A DNA stretch of 64,000 bases from a virus, in the IMG/VR virus record IMGVR_UViG_3300020000_000011, positions 1 through 64,000 of that record, one strand, 5' to 3'. A model generated the notes under the pieces. That model worked only from the letters and a program-made list of their open reading frames with translations, had not been told where the DNA came from and searched no databases. Position 1 is the stretch's first letter. Each line of letters opens with the position of its first letter. A program made the translations under genes and the position numbers. This document shows positions 9,128 through 17,448 of the stretch, one piece after another.

Positions 9128-9352
9128 ATGACCAAGACACAGACACCCACCATCACCTACCACGGCCCCGACCGCGAACGCCCCACCCAGTTCAAAGTCA
9201 TCGTCCGCATCGGATCCGTCGCCGTCCATCACGCCCGGCTCACCGCAGCCGAGTACGAAGCCCTCCTGGCCAGCCCATCGTTCACCCGCCCCGGCACCGC
9301 ACCCGCTCTCGCCGCCGGTGCTGCTCTCGCCGCTGAGGTCCTGGCGTCATGA
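9128..9352 (+). CDS. hypothetical protein
   Basis: leaderless ORF. Confidence 0.6.
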   Translation: MTKTQTPTITYHGPDRERPTQFKVIVRIGSVAVHHARLTAAEYEALLASPSFTRPGTAPALAAGAALAAEVLAS

Positions 9353-9491
9353 GCAAGTGGGGCCAACGAGAACCCGGCTGCCGCTGCGACTACAACTTCA
9401 CGTGCCGCGCCTGCCTCACCGCCGCCGCCCACCGGATCATCCGGTTCGGCGCACTCCAAACCACAGACCCAGACAAGAAAGCGAACCCATC

Positions 9492-9857
9492 ATGAGCACC
9501 ACCGAACAACGCATCGAAGTCCTCCGAGCCATCGACGACTTCTGCGAGATGGCCACCAACCATCCCGGCACACCCCGCCACGAATGGGGCGTCTACGGCT
9601 TCCGAGCCGACACCCCCGGCCTGAAGTTCACCCGCATCATCCAAACCATCACCCGCGACGGTGTCGCCAAGGACGAGAGCGTCCACTGCTTCGTCGACAA
9701 CATGACCGGCGACCTGTTGAAGGCCGAAGGCTGGAAGAAACCAGCACCGAAGGCCCGCTACAACCTGCTCACCGAATGGGACATCATCGTCGCCAACTTC
9801 GGCTGGGCCAGCGGCTACCTGTACGCCGACTACAAGCGCAAGCCGGTGGCGTCATGA
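9492..9857 (+). CDS. conserved phage hypothetical protein
   Basis: SVHCFVD..TGDLLKAEGWKKPA.KARYNL, a widespread phage family pattern. Confidence 0.75.
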   Translation: MSTTEQRIEVLRAIDDFCEMATNHPGTPRHEWGVYGFRADTPGLKFTRIIQTITRDGVAKDESVHCFVDNMTGDLLKAEGWKKPAPKARYNLLTEWDIIVANFGWASGYLYADYKRKPVAS

Positions 9858-10024
9858 TCGGCGAGATCTTCACCTGGCTGTACATCGGCATCGGCGTCCT
9901 CTACGCGTTCGCCACGTCCTACAAGGTCACCCGGATGTTCACCTTCCGGTGGCACCTGATGAAGAACACGTTGCTGTGGCCAGTCATCATGTTCATGGAC
10001 TTGCGCCGAGGTCGACCGTCATGA
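9854..10024 (+). CDS. small membrane protein
   Basis: hydrophobic segments; coupled. Confidence 0.55.
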   Translation: MIGEIFTWLYIGIGVLYAFATSYKVTRMFTFRWHLMKNTLLWPVIMFMDLRRGRPS

Positions 10025-10230
10025 AGACCTACAAGCCCGTGCAGGGCGACGTCGTCAAGTTCCCCAACGGCATCGAGATCAACTACGACGAGGTGACCCG
10101 CTCCCTCGTCGTGCTCCACCCCGACCCGGCCGTGACACTCACGATGCGACCCGAGATGGCAGCGAACGACCCCGACAACCACCTGCGAATGTCGGACGGC
10201 ACCCTCTGGCTGATCGGCACCGTCACATGA
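10021..10230 (+). CDS. hypothetical protein
   Basis: ATGA-coupled. Confidence 0.55.
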   Translation: MKTYKPVQGDVVKFPNGIEINYDEVTRSLVVLHPDPAVTLTMRPEMAANDPDNHLRMSDGTLWLIGTVT

Positions 10231-10385
10231 AGATCCTGTGCCCGAGCCACGTGTGGTGCGACGTCCACTGCACCATCCACGAAGCCAAGACGAACCCGTA
10301 CGGGTACGACGAACCGGACTGCAACCGCAGCCAATGGCGCAAGGTGTTCGTCGAATCCACCGACCCGAAGGAAACGTTCACATGA
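10227..10385 (+). CDS. small hypothetical protein
   Basis: 52 aa ORF coupled on both sides. Confidence 0.5.
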   Translation: MKILCPSHVWCDVHCTIHEAKTNPYGYDEPDCNRSQWRKVFVESTDPKETFT

Positions 10386-10729
10386 GCGACAACCACGACC
10401 ACCCCGAACGTCCGGCGCCGACGATCACTGTCCGCCCGGTCACGTTCTACGTCACCGGCCTCCCCGAAGACGACGAGAACTGCTACTCGTGGATGATCAC
10501 GATCGAGTGGCGCGGTCCCGGCGATCTGTGGGCCGTGATGCGCCTCGGCCGCTGCCTCGCCCACGACGGATCCTGGGACCTGGAACCGTCCCCGTCGAAC
10601 CGCGAAGACGAGTGGAAAGCCTCGCACCGGTTCACGTGGGACACCGCCGTGACCCTCGCCGTCGAAGAACTCCCGAAACTCGTCATCAACGGCCTGTGTG
10701 TCCGTGACGGCAAGCTGGTGAAGCCATGA
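10382..10729 (+). CDS. conserved actinophage hypothetical protein
   Basis: ITIEWRG...WAV....CL..DG.WD.EP.PS.R. Confidence 0.7.
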   Translation: MSDNHDHPERPAPTITVRPVTFYVTGLPEDDENCYSWMITIEWRGPGDLWAVMRLGRCLAHDGSWDLEPSPSNREDEWKASHRFTWDTAVTLAVEELPKLVINGLCVRDGKLVKP

Positions 10730-10977
10730 TCGGTACCAGCATCGGTCCGGTGTTCGTCGCCGGGCGCCCCGTACGCGGCTTCGGTGGCTTCATTGTCGGC
10801 ATGCTCCAGTTCGCACTGTGGATCATCGTCGCCTGCGTCACCGTCATCTACTACGCCATCAAGTACACGGCCCTCGCCATCATCTGGATCCACGGCCGGG
10901 TCGTCCTGCGCCGACACCGCCGTGCCCTCGCTACCCCGCCCACCGGCCCCGCCACGATCGGAATCCCGACACCATGA
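10726..10977 (+). CDS. membrane protein
   Basis: long hydrophobic stretch; coupled. Confidence 0.6.
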   Translation: MIGTSIGPVFVAGRPVRGFGGFIVGMLQFALWIIVACVTVIYYAIKYTALAIIWIHGRVVLRRHRRALATPPTGPATIGIPTP

Positions 10978-11141
10978 CAAGGAAGCACACCGTGACCTTC
11001 ACCACCCAAGAGATCGTCAACGCCCTCGTCGAGAAGTACCCCGGCGAGTTCTCCGACCAGGAGATCAAAGGCATCCCGACGCTGTACTCCCACATCGACG
11101 GCACCTGGGAAGTCCGCTACGAATCGGCGATCCCCCAATGA
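10974..11141 (+). CDS. hypothetical protein
   Basis: ATGA-coupled. Confidence 0.55.
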   Translation: MTRKHTVTFTTQEIVNALVEKYPGEFSDQEIKGIPTLYSHIDGTWEVRYESAIPQ

Positions 11142-11389
11142 CCACATCGAAGCAGTGGTTCAACGCCGCCAACGTGCTGCGCGAACACGCCGTCAAACTG
11201 GAAGACATCGCCGTACGCGAGCAGGAGATCGAACGCGCCGCCAAGGCCGAAGAGGACGAGGACGCCCCGAAGATCGTCGCTGCGATCCGCCGGGCACTCA
11301 CCGAGTTGGAAGAGGCGTACGCCCGCCACGAACACGGCGGTGTCGCCCAAGACCAGTGCATCCGCAAGATCAAGGACGCCCTCGGATGA
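11138..11389 (+). CDS. hypothetical protein
   Basis: ATGA-coupled. Confidence 0.55.
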   Translation: MTTSKQWFNAANVLREHAVKLEDIAVREQEIERAAKAEEDEDAPKIVAAIRRALTELEEAYARHEHGGVAQDQCIRKIKDALG

Positions 11390-11736
11390 GGATCACCGAC
11401 GAGATGATCGACGAGGTTGTCGCCCGCTCGATCCGAGCGCAAGGCGGCTGCTGCGGTGGCCCCGAATGGCGCGGCCGATACTGCGACTACCACCGTGGCT
11501 ACGAAGACGGCCTCGACGTCGCCCGCACCATGTGGCTCGGCGAACCCGACGACCCTCGTGCGATCATCGTCACCGACGACGCCCACGAACGCCAGGAACG
11601 ACTCCGCCGCCTCGCACGCGCCGGTGTCCCAACGGACGAGGACACGACACCGGACCGGCATATTCCACCGTCGCAACGCGACCTGTCGACCCACCCGGCG
11701 GGCTGCACCTGCATGGGATGCTTCTACGCCGACTGA
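11386..11736 (+). CDS. hypothetical protein
   Basis: ATGA-coupled; Cys clusters. Confidence 0.55.
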   Translation: MRITDEMIDEVVARSIRAQGGCCGGPEWRGRYCDYHRGYEDGLDVARTMWLGEPDDPRAIIVTDDAHERQERLRRLARAGVPTDEDTTPDRHIPPSQRDLSTHPAGCTCMGCFYAD

Positions 11737-11783
11737 CTTATATCGCGTTGTGTGAACCTCCGAGGTTCGGGCATACTCGCGTC

Positions 11784-12017
11784 ATGAGATCCCGCGAAGG
11801 AACCGGACGGCACCGCCAGCCCGAGTTCCGCATCGACTGCCCGCACTGTGGACTGTCGTGCCTCGCACGCCGCCAGGGCCGCAACCGCGTCCAGCACATC
11901 CGCGCTCACCTCGACAACGACGGCAACGTGTGCCCGCCGCTCACCCCGACCGACACCAAGGTCCTCGCCTCGACCGGCACCGACCCGCGGTTCGGCAACC
12001 AGCTTGCGTTGTTCTGA
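11784..12017 (+). CDS. Zn-ribbon hypothetical protein
   Basis: CPHCG...H.D..G.VC; leaderless after CATACT. Confidence 0.55.
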   Translation: MRSREGTGRHRQPEFRIDCPHCGLSCLARRQGRNRVQHIRAHLDNDGNVCPPLTPTDTKVLASTGTDPRFGNQLALF

Positions 12018-12319
12018 TGAAGAACTCTGCCACCTGGATCGCACGCGCCCGCCTCGCCGAAACCGCCCCCGAGTTGGTCGCCGCGCTCGTGAAGCTGGGA
12101 GACGAGTACGGTCCGACCGGTGTCGCCGACGTCGCCCAACTGATCGTCGACGGCTGGACCACACCGAACGAGATCGTCGACACACCGCAGAACATCAACC
12201 CGGCGCCGGTCTGCCCCGGCTGTGGCGCGATCGCCGTGCTGCTCGGACCAGTCTGGGAGACACGCCACGAACTCGACTGCACGTGGATGGCCGACCCCGA
12301 CGCGGAGCCGTACGACTAA
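12017..12319 (+). CDS. hypothetical protein
   Basis: TGATG coupling; CPGCG..HxxxC. Confidence 0.6.
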   Translation: MKNSATWIARARLAETAPELVAALVKLGDEYGPTGVADVAQLIVDGWTTPNEIVDTPQNINPAPVCPGCGAIAVLLGPVWETRHELDCTWMADPDAEPYD

Positions 12320-12418
12320 CCTGACCCGATCGACTGGTTCTGGAAAGCACTGGCCGTTGTCGTAGCCGTCATCGTTGTGATCGCCATCTACTGGGACCGT
12401 GTGGATTAGCCTCCGACC

Positions 12419-15400
12419 GTGGATGTGGCACTGCGTGACCTTGACGGCCCCCTGCTAGCCGCCAGATGGGCACGAGCGGTCCTCGCTCAGGACCCGGCAC
12501 TGGTAGCGGCCTGCGAACAGGAGGCGTCCGTACGGGGCTTCACAGCGGCAGGTCTGGTCGCGGCGACGAAGAAGAAGAAGGAACCGTCGTTCAAGGCCGA
12601 CATCAAACCGACCGGGAAGTCGTACCAGACCCTCGCCAACGAAGCGAAGGCCAACCGCGACGCCGGGAACCCCGGCGGGATGAAGCGCGGCAAGACGAAG
12701 CCGGAGAACGTCGGCAAGGGCAAGTTCCGCAAGAAGTCCGGCGCCGGTGGCGGTGGCCAGTTCACCTCCGCCGACGACCCTGAAGCGATCGCCGAGGGCG
12801 AGATCGTCGCCGGGCACAAGGAACAGCAGTCGCTGTCCGACGAGCGTGCCAAGGTCCGCGAGCGCCGATCCGGTGAGGACGAGCAGCAACGCCAGCAGCA
12901 CTACGCCGACGACCAGACCGACCGGGAAGCCGACCAGGCGAACCGTGACGCCGACGAACAGGACCGTGCCGCAGCCGACGCACGCAAAGCAACCCGTGAT
13001 GCGCGCAAGGCGATGGAGGCAGCCGAGGACCAAGACATCGACGACCGTGTCCGCGCCAACGACACGTACCAGCGGACCGCCCAAGGCCAGATCGCCCTGA
13101 TGCAACGGCAACTGTCCGAAGCCCGCCAGGTCGGCCACACCGACGACGAGAACAAACTGCTCGACCAGATCAAGGAAGCGAACACGGCGTTGGAACAGGC
13201 CCGCGCCGACCGTGCCGCGCTGGAGCAGGAACGCACATCGAAGAAGACCGACCGGGCGACGTCTCGTGTCGTCGACGCCACCACCGAAGCCGAAGCCCGC
13301 GCCAAGGCGGCAGCGGACAAACGGGCACGCGACAACGCCAAGCGGACCCGTGACGAGACGAAGCGATCCACCCGTGAGTCGGAGCGCCGGGCGATTCGTG
13401 AAGCCCGTGCTGCCGAGGACGCGGCGCTCGCTGCGAAGTCGGCCGAGTTGCGTGACCGGATCGAAGAAGCCCGGCAACGCAAGCGTGACGCCGCCGCAGC
13501 CCGCAAGGCCGAAGCGAAAGCGAAGAAGGAAGCCAAGGCAGCAGCCAGGGGCCGGAAGGCGTCGGGCATGGTCGCCGCGTTCGGCCGGTTCAGTGAGGAT
13601 CTCCACCCTCGTGGCAAGGACGGCAAGTGGATCGAACTCCACGGCCTCGTCGACGTGTTCGGCCTGTCCGGGTTCCAACACGGCCAGCGGGGCAACAAGC
13701 ACGTCCAGGGCGAAGTGACCGAGATCATCCCCAACCCGAAGGACCCGGGCAACCCGGTCGTCCGCGTGAAGATGACCGACCCGCGCTGGTCGCCGGACAA
13801 GTTCGGTCCGACCGTCGACGTTGACCGTCACCAGATCCAGGCCCGTGTGAAGCCGAAGGCGACACTGACACCGACCGCACCGAAGACCGGGACACCGACC
13901 GCTGTCCCGGCGGTGAAGCCCTCGATCGCCCCGGCGAAACCTGGCGTCACAGTTATACCACCGCGTACGCCAACGCCTGCGATGACCCCGCACCCCGACG
14001 GCCCCGGGTTCGCACCGCTCAACCCGCCATCCGAATGGGCAACGATGACCCAGCCCGAGCAGTTGGCGTGGATCACCGACCTGATGCACGCCGACTTCAC
14101 CAAGTGGCGCGAGCAGGAAACCGGATTCGACTTCACCGGCTTCGACTCCGGCATCGCGTTGAACACGGCGAACACGTACCGCGACCTCGCCAACTGGGAC
14201 CCGCAGACGGCACGCCGGATCGACAACCCGATCATGTCGACCGGCGGACTCGGCCAGGGCCTCAACTCCAACGCCATCGCCGTCGCCCACCCCGGCACCG
14301 AACATCCCGGCGGGATCGGCGAGAAGACCGGCCCGGCCTCGATGGTGTTCGGCGCCAAGTACATGTCGGGCATGAAGTTCTGGAAGCAGCAACAGGAAGC
14401 ATCCGGCGGCAAGGACATCCCGTGGTCGATGTCGTCGCAGTACGGCGACCCGATGTTGACCGTCACCCACGAGTTCTCCCACCAACGCCAGTTCCGTTTC
14501 CTCGACATGGCGATGCGCGACGCCAACAAGCCGTTCGCGACCGCAGTGCGCGACGACGGATTCGGGATGGTGCCCGACTCCAGCAACTGGGCAGAAACCC
14601 AGGCACTGCGCTACGACATCCAGAAACTGGCACCGACGAAGTACGGCAAGTCGAAGTCGTCCGAAGCGTTCGCCGAGTCGTGGACCGCGAAGATGACCGG
14701 CGACTCCAGCCCCGAGCTAGACAACGCGTTGGAGCAGTGGGACATGTACATGGGCCTCGTCGAACACCTGCCGACCGACCGGCACTGGGACGCCACCCCG
14801 TTCGACCAGTTGTCCGCCGCCGAACAGGACCAGTTCTGGAAGGACAACGGCAAGTACCTCGATCTCCCCGGGATGGCCGAGCACTACCCCGATTCAGCCG
14901 CGGCCTACTCGGCGTGGCAGGCCGGGACCGAAGCACCCGAGGCGACCACACCGTTCGGGCACGGCTACTCGACTCCGGCAGCCGACTGGACCGAAGACGC
15001 CCCGGCGGCGATGCGAACCGCACCGGTGACCGACCCCGCCCAACTCGACGACCTGTACACGCGGCTCAACGCCAACCGTGCACAGGCGCGGCGGCTGCGT
15101 CTCACCTACCCGGCCGGGATCGGCGACCCGCAAGCACAGACTCCGCGTGTCCGGCCCCCAGGCGCGCAAGCCGAACTCGACCGCCTCGACGCCGAGTACG
15201 CCGATCTCCGCTCCCAGTACCATCCGCCGGTCGACTACACCGGCCCCGTGGTTACCCCGGCCGCACCGGGCGATGTCGTCGAAGGCCCGAACGGCACCCA
15301 GTGGGAAGCGACCGCCAACGCCAACGGTGTCGAACTCACCTACGACCACCCGTCCGGCACACGCCTGTACGTCGACTCCGGCCCGAACGGCGTGAAGTGG

Positions 15401-16387
15401 TCGATCCACGAAGAAGGCCACGACGAACCGTTGAAGGCCGGGATGGCCCGCACCGAAGCGGCAGCGATGGACGACGCCTTGTGGTACGCCAACCTCGACA
15501 CCGGCCCGGCCGAGATGCAACCGGTCGACTACGGCGAGGCGCCGGAGCGTCCGTTCAGTCTGTCGGAGATGCCGATCTCGCCGAACGGGCAAGGTGCCGG
15601 TGGGATGGTCGGCGCCGGGATCGACTTCTACAACCAGTACCGCGGTGCGAAAGAGATCGTCGACAACCTCGGCGACGCCGGTCCGGCGATGCGCGAACAA
15701 CTCAAAGCGGTCGACATCAGGTTGCTGCCCAAGACGGTGCACACCGCCCTCGATCTGCGTGGCCCGAACGTGCCGATCTCCGGGCGTACGGCGATGCAGT
15801 TCATGGCTGCGATCGCTCACGCAGCGGCAGCCGACGACGTCGGGATCATCAACACCGCCGTCGCGAACGTGATGGCCAAGGGCCGTTCCGACGAAGAGAT
15901 CTCCGACCAGTTGACGAAACTCGGTTATACACCAGAGTTGGGTCTGGTGACGACGATGCAGAACGGCTGGAACGAGTCGTCCCGGTCGGCGTTCGGGTAC
16001 GCGATGCAGGGCCTCGTCGGCGGCAAGGCGCCACGCCAGCTACGCCGGATCTCCGACGTCGGTGGGGCCGCGGCGCTCACCGAACAGATCGGCGACCCGA
16101 TGCGAACGGTGATGGACACCCAGGCCCGAATGACCCAGGACTTCCTGCGACTCAACGGCCTCACCTCGCTGACCGTGCACCGCGGCGTGAACATCGACGT
16201 GTCCAAGCGTGAAGTGATCGCCAACCCGTTGTCGTCGTGGGCGCTCGACCCTGGCATCGCCAACCGGTTCGGGATGACGGTGTACTCCACCTCGCTCCCG
16301 GCCGAACGGATCTTCGCGGTTCCTGAAGCGACCGGGTTCGGCTACTCAACCCTCGGTGAGATCGTCGTCTACGGCGGGAAGGTGTGA
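12419..16387 (+). CDS. multidomain putative head-packaged effector: coiled coil + HPRG/SH3-like module + zincin metallopeptidase + ADP-ribosyltransferase-like domain
   Basis: LHPRGKDGKW at 13604; THEFSH (14468) with KYG..SSEAFAE; C-terminal HRG..PLSSW..GEIVV (R-S-E ART pattern). Confidence 0.75.
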   Translation: MDVALRDLDGPLLAARWARAVLAQDPALVAACEQEASVRGFTAAGLVAATKKKKEPSFKADIKPTGKSYQTLANEAKANRDAGNPGGMKRGKTKPENVGKGKFRKKSGAGGGGQFTSADDPEAIAEGEIVAGHKEQQSLSDERAKVRERRSGEDEQQRQQHYADDQTDREADQANRDADEQDRAAADARKATRDARKAMEAAEDQDIDDRVRANDTYQRTAQGQIALMQRQLSEARQVGHTDDENKLLDQIKEANTALEQARADRAALEQERTSKKTDRATSRVVDATTEAEARAKAAADKRARDNAKRTRDETKRSTRESERRAIREARAAEDAALAAKSAELRDRIEEARQRKRDAAAARKAEAKAKKEAKAAARGRKASGMVAAFGRFSEDLHPRGKDGKWIELHGLVDVFGLSGFQHGQRGNKHVQGEVTEIIPNPKDPGNPVVRVKMTDPRWSPDKFGPTVDVDRHQIQARVKPKATLTPTAPKTGTPTAVPAVKPSIAPAKPGVTVIPPRTPTPAMTPHPDGPGFAPLNPPSEWATMTQPEQLAWITDLMHADFTKWREQETGFDFTGFDSGIALNTANTYRDLANWDPQTARRIDNPIMSTGGLGQGLNSNAIAVAHPGTEHPGGIGEKTGPASMVFGAKYMSGMKFWKQQQEASGGKDIPWSMSSQYGDPMLTVTHEFSHQRQFRFLDMAMRDANKPFATAVRDDGFGMVPDSSNWAETQALRYDIQKLAPTKYGKSKSSEAFAESWTAKMTGDSSPELDNALEQWDMYMGLVEHLPTDRHWDATPFDQLSAAEQDQFWKDNGKYLDLPGMAEHYPDSAAAYSAWQAGTEAPEATTPFGHGYSTPAADWTEDAPAAMRTAPVTDPAQLDDLYTRLNANRAQARRLRLTYPAGIGDPQAQTPRVRPPGAQAELDRLDAEYADLRSQYHPPVDYTGPVVTPAAPGDVVEGPNGTQWEATANANGVELTYDHPSGTRLYVDSGPNGVKWSIHEEGHDEPLKAGMARTEAAAMDDALWYANLDTGPAEMQPVDYGEAPERPFSLSEMPISPNGQGAGGMVGAGIDFYNQYRGAKEIVDNLGDAGPAMREQLKAVDIRLLPKTVHTALDLRGPNVPISGRTAMQFMAAIAHAAAADDVGIINTAVANVMAKGRSDEEISDQLTKLGYTPELGLVTTMQNGWNESSRSAFGYAMQGLVGGKAPRQLRRISDVGGAAALTEQIGDPMRTVMDTQARMTQDFLRLNGLTSLTVHRGVNIDVSKREVIANPLSSWALDPGIANRFGMTVYSTSLPAERIFAVPEATGFGYSTLGEIVVYGGKV

Positions 16388-16500
16388 CCGTGACCGACCT
16401 CGACCCTGTGTACATCGACGAAGACGACGAGATCTCCGACCCCGACTGGCCCAAGCACGACACCACCCCGTTCGTCGACCCCGAAGAGGAACGGCCATGA
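16384..16500 (+). CDS. small acidic peptide (candidate immunity/partner)
   Basis: 38 aa, coupled GTGA/ATGA. Confidence 0.45.
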   Translation: MTVTDLDPVYIDEDDEISDPDWPKHDTTPFVDPEEERP

Positions 16501-16718
16501 CCTCGATCGCCGTGCCGATCTGCTACTCGTGCATCCGTCTCCACCCCGGCGACGGGATGACCTGCGAAGCGTTCCCCGCCGGGATCCCCGAACAGATCGT
16601 CTCCAGCGAAGCCGACCATCGCCTGCCGTTCGCCGGTGACGGTGGCCTCACGTTCGAACAAGACCCCGATCTGCCCGAACCGGACGACACCGTGTTCGAA
16701 GGGAGCACCGATGAATGA
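16497..16718 (+). CDS. small CxxC..C.AFP.GIP..H protein
   Basis: CYSC...CEAFPAGIPEQI..DHRLPFAGDGG; family recalled next to phage head/toxin genes. Confidence 0.7.
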   Translation: MTSIAVPICYSCIRLHPGDGMTCEAFPAGIPEQIVSSEADHRLPFAGDGGLTFEQDPDLPEPDDTVFEGSTDE

Positions 16719-17448
16719 CGCCGAGGTGATGACCGCGTGGCTCACCGAACTCAACCGCCCGGCCCCCGACCCTGTGACCGTCGCCGCGTTGGAGGCGTCC
16801 GCCGAAGCCAACGGCTGGCAACCGCAGGCCGTGCTCGCCGCGTTCGACGAAGTGCTGCACCCCCGTGGTCACGACGGCCGGTTCATCGAGATCGGTGGAC
16901 TGATGAAGATCATCTCCGGCGACTACAAGGACGAGCGCGGCACGGTCGAGTCGATCACCCCCGACAAGTCCGGTCGCCCGACGATCCGGTTGAAGCTCGA
17001 CGACGGCGAGTCGATCGACGTCAAACCGGATGCCATCGAACAAGCCGCCGACAAGGCCCGGCTCATCGACGCAACGGATATGCCCGCTGTCGGCCGCATC
17101 CCGAGGTCACCGAAGCGGGAGGGACCGGCGCCGACGTTCGCACCGGGCGAACTCGACTGGATCGCCAACCGCGGTCAGGTCGAAGAGACACCGAACGAGG
17201 CTGGTCACAAGAAGTGGACGTACTACGGGAACGAGACGCACACCTCTGGATGGGGCGACTCGGTCAGCAGGCCAGTGACGATTCGGACTGAACTGTCGGA
17301 CCCGGCCGAGTTGGACGACGAAGAGGTGTACCAAGCGTTGATGCTCGTGAAAGATGCACGGTACGGCGTCGATCCACCCGAGGTGACCGCCTACCGCGAC
17401 GCGCTCCAAGACGAATGGCGCATGCGGATCGCCCGGAGTTACCAGTGA
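16711..17448 (+). CDS. HPRG/KOW-like module protein with unknown C-terminus
   Basis: AVLAAFDEVLHPRGHDGRF; KOW-like MKIISGDYKDERGTV; N-terminus paralogous to 17445. Confidence 0.8.
   Translation: MNDAEVMTAWLTELNRPAPDPVTVAALEASAEANGWQPQAVLAAFDEVLHPRGHDGRFIEIGGLMKIISGDYKDERGTVESITPDKSGRPTIRLKLDDGESIDVKPDAIEQAADKARLIDATDMPAVGRIPRSPKREGPAPTFAPGELDWIANRGQVEETPNEAGHKKWTYYGNETHTSGWGDSVSRPVTIRTELSDPAELDDEEVYQALMLVKDARYGVDPPEVTAYRDALQDEWRMRIARSYQ

Noticed and set aside
12419-13560. Tape measure protein call for the long helical ORF
   Set aside because: The coiled coil is highly charged and followed by enzyme domains; no tail assembly chaperone context.
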